From an uncultured Chloroflexota bacterium (GTDB taxonomy: Bacteria > Chloroflexota > Limnocylindria > Limnocylindrales > Limnocylindraceae), in the NCBI GenBank assembly GCA_903938075.1, contig CAJABS010000073.1, positions 1-39,206 on the forward strand: a stretch of 39,206 nucleotides of DNA. Reading direction: 5' to 3'. The translations under genes were made by a program, and so were the position numbers. The notes beneath the pieces were generated by a model that made no database searches, had not been told where the DNA came from, and saw nothing but the letters and a program-made list of their open reading frames with translations. Positions within the stretch are counted from its first letter, which is position 1, and the number at the start of each line of letters is the position of its first letter. Of the stretch, positions 24,813 through 32,362 are shown piece after piece.

Positions 24813-25442
24813 ATGGAGCGCGAGTTGAAATTTCTCCTCGAGCACGCGCACGCCCCCGCGCTTCCGAGCGGCTACCACTTGGCGCAGCCTCAGCCTACGC
24901 TCCACCTTCTTGATGAGTACCTGGACTATCGTGGCCAAATCTTGGCCGCTGGCTGGCGACTACGACGACGCCGATCCGATGGCGAACCGTTGCGGTACAC
25001 GCTCAAGTCCGAACGAGCAGAGAGCACCTCAGGCCCACTGACCGAGCGCAGAGAGATTGAACGCACACCAGAACCGCACGAGGAGCTCCCAGCTGAAATT
25101 GTCTCCACGCTCACGGAGGCTGGAGTTGAAATGCCACACGTGCTCAATCGCTTGCAGCCCTACCTCACACTTCGCCAGGAACGCCAGCCGTTCGTGCTCT
25201 CGACAAGCGAGGGAGCGCTCGCGCTGCTCAGCGTAGACGAGGTCCGCGCGTCTGCGCCGACACCTCCAACCGAGCATCGCTGGACGGAACTCGAGATTGA
25301 GTTCCTCGCCACCATTCCGTCTGAAATTCGTGACCGCGCAACAGACGAACTGGGCGCGTGGATCGCAGCGCAACCGGGCGTTACCGTCGGTGGCGAATCA
25401 AAGGTCAGTCGAGCAGCCCGACTGCTCTCACTCTCGATCTAG
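24813..25442 (+). CDS. CYTH-domain (triphosphate tunnel metalloenzyme) protein, stand-alone
   Basis: ORF 24642..25442 trimmed to ATG 24813. The N-terminal ExExK signature (M-E-R-E-L-K-FLL) is followed by LRRRR...RYTLKSE...ERREIE beta-barrel-type acidic/basic strands. 209 aa, no CHAD domain. Confidence 0.7.
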   Translation: MERELKFLLEHAHAPALPSGYHLAQPQPTLHLLDEYLDYRGQILAAGWRLRRRRSDGEPLRYTLKSERAESTSGPLTERREIERTPEPHEELPAEIVSTLTEAGVEMPHVLNRLQPYLTLRQERQPFVLSTSEGALALLSVDEVRASAPTPPTEHRWTELEIEFLATIPSEIRDRATDELGAWIAAQPGVTVGGESKVSRAARLLSLSI

Positions 25443-26500
25443 CGCGAGGAGCCTGCCCGAGTCTCCATGACAAGCGCTGGGAGCGCTTCGCGCCACCCAT
25501 CACCCGCGCGCGCTACAGCAACAACTAAGCCTTCACGAATGCCGCCGCGATCAACCGTGACCTCTCGCGCCGTCGTTCGCTGCAGTAGCGCCTCAACAAT
25601 CGCGATGCCCGCTGGAAGGAGTCGCGCTCGACGCTGCGAGATTGCGAAACGCTCTGCAACCTCTTTGGCGGTGAGTGCAACGAGTCGATCCCCCATCGCT
25701 GCGAGATCTTCTCGCTCAATCGTGCGACTTATGAGCGTTGCCGGAACGAGCTTGAGGAGGCGCGTTGCAGTCCCTCCCACCAAGATGAGACGGTGCACAT
25801 CGGCGACGGTCAGATCGGCCAGCGCGATCTGGGCATGTCGACGCAGCTCCTGCCACTCGCGTGGGCGAGGCGGGTCCTGGTATGAGACGCGCGCCAAGAG
25901 ACGAGCGGAGCCAATGGAGACTCCAATTGCGCGTGGCAGCTCGCCAGGATGCAGCTCCACCGCTTCTGTTGATCCGCCACCAATGTCAACGACGAGCTGT
26001 GGCACAGAGTGGTCATGCCCGTGGTGCAGACCGAGAACAGTGAGGAGCCCCTCATCCTCGTGGGTCAGTACGATCGGCGCGCTGAACTTTGGCCCATGAA
26101 GTGCGCGCAGCACACTCTCCTGGTCGCGAGCGCGGCGAAACGGCTCCGTAGCGACGACAAACATCTGATCAGCGCCCAAGGTCGTAGCTCGTGCGCGAAA
26201 TGTCGCGAGTGCATCGCTAATCGCCGTCGTGGCCTTTCGCCCTATGGCGCGATCCTGCTCAACCAGCCGACCGAGCTCAATGGGCATTGACTCATCGGCG
26301 ATCACCTCTTGGCGCACCCCATCCGAAACGGCAACATAGAGGTGCGTTGAGTTGGAGCCGATGTCGACCACGGCGCAGACCCGAGGGACCCCAGCCTGGG
26401 AGCTTCCCACCCGGCCACGGCGGGGCTTCGGGGTCTGAGGGGCGGTAGAGAGACGCGGCCTCGCCGCGTGAACACTGCGTGAACGCTTCCCTGCCACCAT
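25439..26500 (-). CDS. ppx: Ppx/GppA-family exopolyphosphatase (short two-domain form) with Arg-rich N-terminal tail
   Basis: VCAVVDIGSNSTHLYVA (phosphate-1 motif of the ASKHA fold), VVDIGGGSTE, LILVGGTATRL. The ATG at 26500 is supported by TAGGAT-N6 upstream. Confidence 0.85.
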   Translation of the reverse strand: MVAGKRSRSVHAARPRLSTAPQTPKPRRGRVGSSQAGVPRVCAVVDIGSNSTHLYVAVSDGVRQEVIADESMPIELGRLVEQDRAIGRKATTAISDALATFRARATTLGADQMFVVATEPFRRARDQESVLRALHGPKFSAPIVLTHEDEGLLTVLGLHHGHDHSVPQLVVDIGGGSTEAVELHPGELPRAIGVSIGSARLLARVSYQDPPRPREWQELRRHAQIALADLTVADVHRLILVGGTATRLLKLVPATLISRTIEREDLAAMGDRLVALTAKEVAERFAISQRRARLLPAGIAIVEALLQRTTAREVTVDRGGIREGLVVAVARAGDGWREALPALVMETRAGSSR

Positions 26501-26506
26501 CCGCGC

Positions 26507-26512
26507 ATCCTA
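26507..26512 (-). promoter_or_regulatory. -10-like hexamer TAGGAT, 6 nt before the ppx ATG (candidate leaderless promoter)
   Basis: Minus-strand TAGGAT-gcgcgg-ATG(26500). It is the only TAnnnT hexamer on that strand in the 90-bp ppx/phoU divergent spacer. Confidence 0.5.
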
Positions 26513-26551
26513 GCCGTGAACGGAGATTCCCTCTCGGTGGGGCTGGGGCGG

Positions 26552-26557
26552 TAGGAT
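26552..26557 (+). promoter_or_regulatory. -10-like hexamer TAGGAT upstream of phoU (leadered; GGAGGGG Shine-Dalgarno at 26582-26588)
   Basis: TAGGAT lies 33 nt before ATG 26591, and a GGAGGGG Shine-Dalgarno sequence sits 2 nt before the start. Confidence 0.4.
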
Positions 26558-26590
26558 GTAAACCAATCACCTGAGCAGCGCGGAGGGGAT

Positions 26591-27340
26591 ATGTCAACAG
26601 GAGACGATCAGGGCCGAGTCGAAAGCGAGATCCAGGAGATCCTCGCCCGCACCGCAACTGATGGCGCCACGGCAGCGCCGCAGGGCGCCCGCGAGCCCCT
26701 TGACCGCGAACTCCGCGCCATCAAGGAGACGGTCGTTCGCATGGGGAGCATGGCCGAGGCGGCGATCCGCGACGCTCTTGACGCGCTCGTCACCCACAAC
26801 GCCGAGAAGGCCACCGCGGTGATCATCGGCGACCGCAAGATCAACGATATGCAGCACGAGGTCATTACGGCGATCACGACCACCATCGCCACGCAGAGCC
26901 CGGTCGCCCGTGACCTGCGCAACCTCTTGATGATGAATCACGTTGTCTATGAGTTGGAGCGGATCGGTGATCATGCCGCCTCCGTTGCCAAGATTGCCGT
27001 CCAGCTCGCCCCGGAGCCGGCGCTGCAGCGATACCTGCACCTCCCTGAGATTGGCGAACTGGCAGCATCGCAGCTACACGGCATCCTGATGGCGCTCGTT
27101 GACGTTGACCCTGCCCGCGCCCGCGAGGTCGCGGTCAGCGATGACCAGATTGATGCCCTCTATCGGCAATCATTCGATGAGTGCGTCCGACTGATGGAGG
27201 CCGATAAGTCCAATGTCGCCCGAGGAACGCGCCTCCTCTTCGCAGCGCACTACCTTGAACGAATCGGTGATCGCACGACCAACATCGCCGAAGACATCGT
27301 CTACCTTGCCTCTGGAGAGGTTGAGGACCTCAATCCTTGA
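26591..27340 (+). CDS. phoU: phosphate signalling complex protein PhoU
   Basis: Two PhoU repeats carry the conserved metal-binding motifs ELERIGDHAASVAKIA and YLERIGDRTTNIAEDIVY. The N-terminal extension is ~30 aa. Confidence 0.9.
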   Translation: MSTGDDQGRVESEIQEILARTATDGATAAPQGAREPLDRELRAIKETVVRMGSMAEAAIRDALDALVTHNAEKATAVIIGDRKINDMQHEVITAITTTIATQSPVARDLRNLLMMNHVVYELERIGDHAASVAKIAVQLAPEPALQRYLHLPEIGELAASQLHGILMALVDVDPARAREVAVSDDQIDALYRQSFDECVRLMEADKSNVARGTRLLFAAHYLERIGDRTTNIAEDIVYLASGEVEDLNP

Positions 27341-27861
27341 GTTCGGATCGTGCAACTTCGGCCAAGGAGCGCAAGCGCCTCTACATCGTTCGTCACGCCG
27401 ATGCAGGTGACCCGGCGGAATGGATCGGCCCTGATGCAGAGCGCCCTCTTAGTTCAAAGGGGGTCAAGCAGGCCGCCCGACTTGCGGCGGCACTCGTTGC
27501 CGCCGGCACGAACGTCGGATCGCTCCGCACATCGCCGGCTCGCCGCTGCACTGAAACCTGCGCCGTCATTGCCGCAGCGTTAGAGACCACCGCCACCATT
27601 GACGAGCACCTTGCCGACGGACCGACTGCGGCGCACGTCGCCAAGCTCCTCGCTCGACGCGGTCACGACGTCCTCCTCCTTGTCGGGCACCAGCCGCACC
27701 TCGGCAACCTGATCGCCGAGCTCACTGGCATTGACGCGATCCCGGTTGAGAAGGGGTCCATGATCCGCATCGACATCCCGGCACCGTATACGCCGGGGAG
27801 CGGCCGTCTCGTTGCGCTCGTTCCCCCCGCGCACCTACGCGCTCCGAAGAGCGAGCGCTAA
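27337..27861 (+). CDS. SixA-like histidine phosphatase (phosphohistidine-phosphatase family)
   Basis: Motifs LYIVRHADAG, RPLSSKGVKQA, LRTSPARRCTETC, LLVGHQPHLGNLI. The only in-frame start is TTG 27337 (TTGA overlap with the phoU stop; GAGGA 9 nt upstream). Confidence 0.78.
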   Translation: MSSDRATSAKERKRLYIVRHADAGDPAEWIGPDAERPLSSKGVKQAARLAAALVAAGTNVGSLRTSPARRCTETCAVIAAALETTATIDEHLADGPTAAHVAKLLARRGHDVLLLVGHQPHLGNLIAELTGIDAIPVEKGSMIRIDIPAPYTPGSGRLVALVPPAHLRAPKSER

Positions 27862-28571
27862 CGCGTCGCCGCGCGAGCGGCAGCCGCCCCTTCGCCCTCA
27901 ACGCAGAGGGCGGTAAGTCGCAGATCACTCGCCCAAGCGGCACCCTGCACCTCTCGCAGCGTCCAGGCGGCAACCTCGAGCCCCGCATCACGCCAGCGGC
28001 TGATGCGTTCGTCGGTCAAGAGATCCAGCGCAACCGAGAGGCCAGCGCACCCTAGTTGCACCGCCTGCTCCGCCTCTGCCGCGATCTCGGCGTTGAGCCA
28101 ACGGGACCATTCTGGCGCACGCTCTGCAACGACTTGGAGAGCACTCGGGTGGAAACTAGAGAAGACAACCCCCTCTGCCCCTGCACCGCGCGCAGCGACA
28201 AGGGTGGTGAATAGCGCATCGGTTGGACGCTCCTTTAGCTCTAGGTCAATCAGTGTTGCGGCGGGCATGGCGGCAAGAACTTCGGTGAGCGTTGGCACAC
28301 CGATCTCCGCAAGCTCGATCGCCGAGAGTTCACACACACGCCGTGGTACCCCGAAGAGTCGATCGAGCGTCTCATCGTGCACGATCACCGCTACCCCATC
28401 GGCACTAAAGCGCACATCAAACTCCACGCCATCACACTGCAGCGCACCCGCCACGAGAGCGGCGAGGCTGTTCTCTTGAAGCATGGCATCGTGGGCTCCG
28501 CGATGTGCAAGGAGGACCGGACGCTGCAGTGCCTCACGTGCGCGACCGATCGCGCTCGGGCGATGAGTCAG
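27858..28571 (-). CDS. glycerophosphodiester phosphodiesterase (GDPD) family protein; proposed CTG start
   Basis: The track gives 27858..28484 (MLQENSLAAL...), but the same frame continues upstream as LTHRPSAIGRAREALQRPVLLAHRGAHDA, which contains the catalytic HRG motif. There is no ATG/GTG/TTG between the upstream in-frame stop (28757-28755) and 28484. The CTG at 28571 forms a CTGA overlap with the kinase stop and follows AGGAGA by 6 nt. Other motifs: ENS, EFDVRFSADGVAVIVHDETLDR, PTLTEVL, IDLELKE. Confidence 0.7.
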   Translation of the reverse strand: MTHRPSAIGRAREALQRPVLLAHRGAHDAMLQENSLAALVAGALQCDGVEFDVRFSADGVAVIVHDETLDRLFGVPRRVCELSAIELAEIGVPTLTEVLAAMPAATLIDLELKERPTDALFTTLVAARGAGAEGVVFSSFHPSALQVVAERAPEWSRWLNAEIAAEAEQAVQLGCAGLSVALDLLTDERISRWRDAGLEVAAWTLREVQGAAWASDLRLTALCVEGEGAAAARAATR

Positions 28572-29782
28572 GAGGCGTCTCCTGCTGGTGGCAGCGTAAT
28601 AGTGAACGTTGTCCCTACGCCCGTCGTTGAGGTGACGGTGATCTCGCCCCCGTGACGAAGCACGGCGTGTCGGGCAATCGCGAGTCCGAGTCCGGTCCCA
28701 CCGCCGCCAACGGCCCCGGCGCCACCATCCACTCGCTCCACGGTGAAGAACCGTTCAAAGATGCGCGAGAGGTGGGCACGATCGATACCAATGCCGTGAT
28801 CCACCACTGCGATCTTGGATCCGCCATCGCTCAGTCGTTCAACTTCAAGTTCAACTCGTCCCCCCTCACGGCTGTACTTCACCGCGTTATGGACGAGGTT
28901 CGCCACCGCCTGGCGTAGGCGATCACGGTCGCCAGTAATGAGGAGTGGGCCTGTGCCGATCACATCAATGCCGCCGCCATGCTGTGCCGCGACCGGAGTG
29001 AACCGCTGCGCGACCTCCTCGGCCAAGGTGGCCAGGTCGAACTCGGCCTTGCGGAGCGGGATCTCACCCGCCTCTAGGGTGGCGAGGTCGAGCATCTCAT
29101 CGGCCATCTGAACGAGGTGGAGCACCTCAACCTCGATCTTGGCACTGCGGCTTGCCACACCAGAAACATCACCCTTCGCTGCGGCGCCGCCAATCGTCTC
29201 CGCGAGAAGGCGGATCGTTGAGAGCGGCGTGCGCAGCTCGTGCGAGAGGTTGTCTACGAACTCGGTGCGAATCTGTCGCAGTCGACGCACCTCAGTCAGG
29301 TCGCGCAAGACCAGCCAGGCGCCGCCATCACCATCGGGTGCTGCCACCACAGAGACGTGTCGCGCCTCGTCGGAGTGCCCAAGGCGGCCGTCGCGAATAT
29401 CAATCTCGCCGCGATGCACTTCGCCAGCGATCGCCTTGCGGGTGAGTTCCTCGAGTCGGAAGTCAACGGTCGCTTCGATCAGCGGCATGCCACGGAACTG
29501 CACATCGCCACGCGCAAGGATCTCACCGGTGACCGGGCTTGCGGCGCGGATGACGAGGTCCGAGCCGACGCGGAGAATGGCATCGTCGGTTGCCTCAAGG
29601 AGGGCGTTCAGGCGCTCAGATCGACGATCAGCGCGATCCCAGGCAACGTCTGCCCGACTGCTCTCCCGTGCTGCGCGATCGGCCTCTGTTGCTACGTCTT
29701 GCGCTGTGAAGCGGCGAACAACCAGATAGGTGATCCCTGCAGAGACCAGTACCGTTGCAAGCCCGATGATGATGTCGGGCAT
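28568..29782 (-). CDS. membrane-anchored PAS histidine kinase, SenX3/PhoR-like
   Basis: N-terminal TM helix IIIGLATVLVSAGITYLVV, a PAS-like region, H-box FVDNLSHELRTPLSTIRLLAETI, N-box LVHNAVKYS, G1 DHGIGIDRAHLSRIFERFF, G2 GTGLGLAIARHAV. TGATG overlap with the proS stop. Confidence 0.88.
   Translation of the reverse strand: MPDIIIGLATVLVSAGITYLVVRRFTAQDVATEADRAARESSRADVAWDRADRRSERLNALLEATDDAILRVGSDLVIRAASPVTGEILARGDVQFRGMPLIEATVDFRLEELTRKAIAGEVHRGEIDIRDGRLGHSDEARHVSVVAAPDGDGGAWLVLRDLTEVRRLRQIRTEFVDNLSHELRTPLSTIRLLAETIGGAAAKGDVSGVASRSAKIEVEVLHLVQMADEMLDLATLEAGEIPLRKAEFDLATLAEEVAQRFTPVAAQHGGGIDVIGTGPLLITGDRDRLRQAVANLVHNAVKYSREGGRVELEVERLSDGGSKIAVVDHGIGIDRAHLSRIFERFFTVERVDGGAGAVGGGGTGLGLAIARHAVLRHGGEITVTSTTGVGTTFTITLPPAGDAS
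28578..28583 (-). promoter_or_regulatory. Shine-Dalgarno AGGAGA 6 nt upstream of the proposed CTG start of the GDPD gene
   Basis: The minus strand reads AGCAGGAGACGCCTCCTGACTCAT. The AGGAGA lies inside the last codons of the kinase gene. Confidence 0.45.
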
Positions 29783-31566
29783 CAGGCGGCTGGGTGCGGA
29801 TCGCGTGCTGCATGCCGCGGTGGATACCCGCGCTTGAGCAGCTCCGCCTCAATCGCGGCACGATCGCTCGCCTGCGCGCCACGAATAGCGTTGAGCACTT
29901 CGCCCACCGGCAGGACGCTTCGCTCACCCGTTGAGCGCCGGGTAACCTCTGCCCCGCCAGCTTCAAGTGAGCGCGGCGAGATGGTGATCATCCATGGCGC
30001 ACCGATCAACTCGGCATCGGCGAACTTCACGCCAGGGGTCTCGGTACGATCATCAACGAGCAGCTCAATGCCGGCAGCCTCAGCCTCCGCCTCAAGGGCG
30101 AGTGCGATCTCGGTCACCTTCGGGTCCTTGTTCGCGCCAACGATCGCAACCTGTGCGTCGAAGGGGCTGATTGAGATCGGCCAGGAGAGGCCCTTCTCGT
30201 CGTGGTGCGCCTCAGCGATGCAGGCAACCGCACGGCCAACGCCGATCCCATACGAGCCCATCACGATTGGGTGCGAGACCCCCGCCTCGTCGGCGTAGGT
30301 GGCACCCAGCGCACCGGTGTATCGAGTGCCGAGCTTGAAGATGTTGCCAACCTCAATGCCGTTCTCGATGCGCAGTTTGCCACCACAGGCGAGGCAGGCA
30401 TCGCCCACCTTCGCTGATGCGATGTCGGCGACGGCAGTTGGCGTGTAGTCTCGGCCGACGTTCACGCCGGTCAGGTGATAGCCCACCTTGTTCGCTCCTG
30501 CAACCATATTGGCGGTCGTTGCGACGAGCTCATCCACGACGACGGTTGCCTCCTTGATTCCCACAGGGGATGCGTACCCTGGCTCCATGCCAGCGGCGCG
30601 AATCTCTTCTTCGCGTGCGGGTCGGAGGTCTCGCGCACCGATGGCGTTGGTCAACTTCGTCTCTTCCACCTCATCATCGCCGCGGACGATGGCAACAATG
30701 AGTCGCCCATCGCGGTCGGCGAAGAAGACCGCCTTTGCACAGGTCGACGCAGGAACCTTCAACTGCGCCGCAAGTTCAACAATGGTTGAGGCGCCTGGCG
30801 TTGCGATCTCCTTGAGCGGCTCCTGTGGCGCGCTTGCTGGGATCTCGCGCTTCACAACGGCGACCTGTCGGTTCGCGGCAGCACCGCAGCCATCGCAGAG
30901 CACGAGGCTATCTTCACCAAACGGGCTGAAGGCCATGAACTCGTGCGCCAGTGAGCCGCCCATCATGCCAACATCGCTGGCCACGGCGATCGCTTCGAGT
31001 CCAAGCCGAGCAAAGATGCGCGTATAGGCGTGGTAGTAGAGCTTGTAGGAGCGATCAAGGCCCGCCTCATCACGGTCGGCGCTATAGGCGTCCTTCATCG
31101 TGAACTCGCGCACGCGAATAAGTCCACCGCGCGCCCGTGGCTCGTCACGCCACTTGGTTTGGAAGTGGTACATCTGCTGTGGGAGTTGGCGCCACGAGTT
31201 GATCAGCTTGCGAAGTAGGTCAGTCACCACCTCTTCGTGCGTCATCGCCAAGACCATGTCGCGGCCACCGCGGTCGTTGAAGCGGCCCATCTCCGGTCCG
31301 ATCTGGTCGTAGCGCCCCGTCTCGCGCCAGAGGTCGGCAGGGTGTACGACCGGCATCAGCATCTCCTGGGCGCCGATCGCGTTCATCTCTTCGCGAATGA
31401 CCTGGGTGACGCGCATGTTGACGCGCATGCCGAGCGGGAGGAGTGAGTAGATTCCAGCACCAAGTGGCCGAATGTACCCAGCACGGAGCAGGAGGCGGTG
31501 GGAGGGCATCTCCGCGTCGGCGGGATCCTCCCGAAGGGTCGTAAAGAAGAGTTCGCTCATGCGCAT
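29782..31566 (-). CDS. proS: prolyl-tRNA synthetase, bacterial type with INS editing domain
   Basis: MRMSELFFTTLREDPADAEMPSHRLLLRAGYIRPLGAGIYSLLPLG parallels E. coli ProS. Class II motifs are present (FRDEPRARGGLIRVREFTMKDAYS-type, GSYGIGVGR). 594 aa. Confidence 0.95.
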   Translation of the reverse strand: MRMSELFFTTLREDPADAEMPSHRLLLRAGYIRPLGAGIYSLLPLGMRVNMRVTQVIREEMNAIGAQEMLMPVVHPADLWRETGRYDQIGPEMGRFNDRGGRDMVLAMTHEEVVTDLLRKLINSWRQLPQQMYHFQTKWRDEPRARGGLIRVREFTMKDAYSADRDEAGLDRSYKLYYHAYTRIFARLGLEAIAVASDVGMMGGSLAHEFMAFSPFGEDSLVLCDGCGAAANRQVAVVKREIPASAPQEPLKEIATPGASTIVELAAQLKVPASTCAKAVFFADRDGRLIVAIVRGDDEVEETKLTNAIGARDLRPAREEEIRAAGMEPGYASPVGIKEATVVVDELVATTANMVAGANKVGYHLTGVNVGRDYTPTAVADIASAKVGDACLACGGKLRIENGIEVGNIFKLGTRYTGALGATYADEAGVSHPIVMGSYGIGVGRAVACIAEAHHDEKGLSWPISISPFDAQVAIVGANKDPKVTEIALALEAEAEAAGIELLVDDRTETPGVKFADAELIGAPWMITISPRSLEAGGAEVTRRSTGERSVLPVGEVLNAIRGAQASDRAAIEAELLKRGYPPRHAARDPHPAA

Positions 31567-31573
31567 GGGGTCA

Positions 31574-31579
31574 ATCCTA
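31574..31579 (-). promoter_or_regulatory. -10-like hexamer TAGGAT, 7 nt before the proS ATG (candidate internal leaderless promoter, or weak SD)
   Basis: Minus strand: CCCGCGCGCGGG-TAGGAT-tgacccc-ATG(31566). Confidence 0.4.
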
Positions 31580-31591
31580 CCCGCGCGCGGG
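31580..31591. repeat. perfect 12-bp GC palindrome CCCGCGCGCGGG between the response regulator and proS
   Basis: Read directly from the sequence. It lies in the only sizeable (51 bp) gap of the minus-strand array and abuts the TAGGAT hexamer. Confidence 0.6.
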
Positions 31592-31617
31592 GCTCTCGTT
31601 CAGAAGAGGTGTGTGGG

Positions 31618-32355
31618 TCAGGCTGGGCGTCGCAGGACGTAGCCGATCCCGCGGACCGTCTGAAGGGCTACGGGCTCGGCGGGGATCGCCTCCACGGCCT
31701 GACGCAGGGCATGCATATGCACGTCAACCGTGCGCGTTTCGCCCGCATAGTCGTAGCCCCACACCTTGTCGAGGAGCTGCTCCCGTGAGTAGACGCGACC
31801 CGCGTTCTCAATGAGGAATGCCAGCAGCTGGAAGGCCTTCGGCTTGAGGTGTACCGCGACACCGTCGCGCAGCACTCGTTGCCCCTCAACGTCAACCTCC
31901 GCCTCGGCAATGCGGAGGCGCGAGCCCACCGCAACTGGGTTGGCCCCAGCCTCAGCGCGGCGGAGCACCGCCCGGATGCGCGCGATCAGCTCTCGCGAGG
32001 AGAAGGGCTTCGTCACGTAGTCATCGGCGCCAAGGTCGAGGCCGCTGATCCGATCCGTCTCCGATGCCTTGGCCGTGACCATGATGATCGGGACCTGCGA
32101 GCTGCTGCGAATCGATCGACAGACCTCAATGCCGCCCATCTCAGGGAGCATGAGGTCGAGCAGGATCAAGTCTGGTGGAGCGGCGCGAAACGCAGCGAGG
32201 CCTGCGGCACCGTTCTCGGCCTGGGTGATGATGAATCCCTCGCTCGTCAACGCATCAGCGAGCGCCTCGCGAAGGGCTCGCTCATCTTCAACCAGCAGGA
32301 TCTTGATTGGTCGTTCTGGCACCGCGTCACTCTGAGGGAGCGGTGTTATCGCCAT
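31618..32355 (-). CDS. OmpR/PhoB-family response regulator, RegX3/PhoP-like
   Basis: Motifs KILLVEDERALREAL, LILLDLMLPEMGG, VPIIMVTAKASETDRISGLDLGADDYVTKPFSSRELIARIRAVLRR (near-identical stretch to mycobacterial RegX3), and the winged helix ...TVRGIGYVLR. Confidence 0.9.
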   Translation of the reverse strand: MAITPLPQSDAVPERPIKILLVEDERALREALADALTSEGFIITQAENGAAGLAAFRAAPPDLILLDLMLPEMGGIEVCRSIRSSSQVPIIMVTAKASETDRISGLDLGADDYVTKPFSSRELIARIRAVLRRAEAGANPVAVGSRLRIAEAEVDVEGQRVLRDGVAVHLKPKAFQLLAFLIENAGRVYSREQLLDKVWGYDYAGETRTVDVHMHALRQAVEAIPAEPVALQTVRGIGYVLRRPA

Positions 32356-32362
32356 GTAAACG

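Noticed and set aside
26516-26521. A PHO-box-like GTTCAC (minus strand) in the ppx/phoU divergent spacer.
   Set aside because: Only a single hexamer is present. The adjacent 11-nt unit does not repeat it, so there is no direct-repeat PHO box I can defend.
29240-30298. A 352-aa + strand ORF spanning the kinase/proS junction. Similar cases are 36871..37677 and 35934..36457 opposite the aminotransferase and asparaginase genes.
   Set aside because: They are antisense to confidently called genes and carry no motifs.
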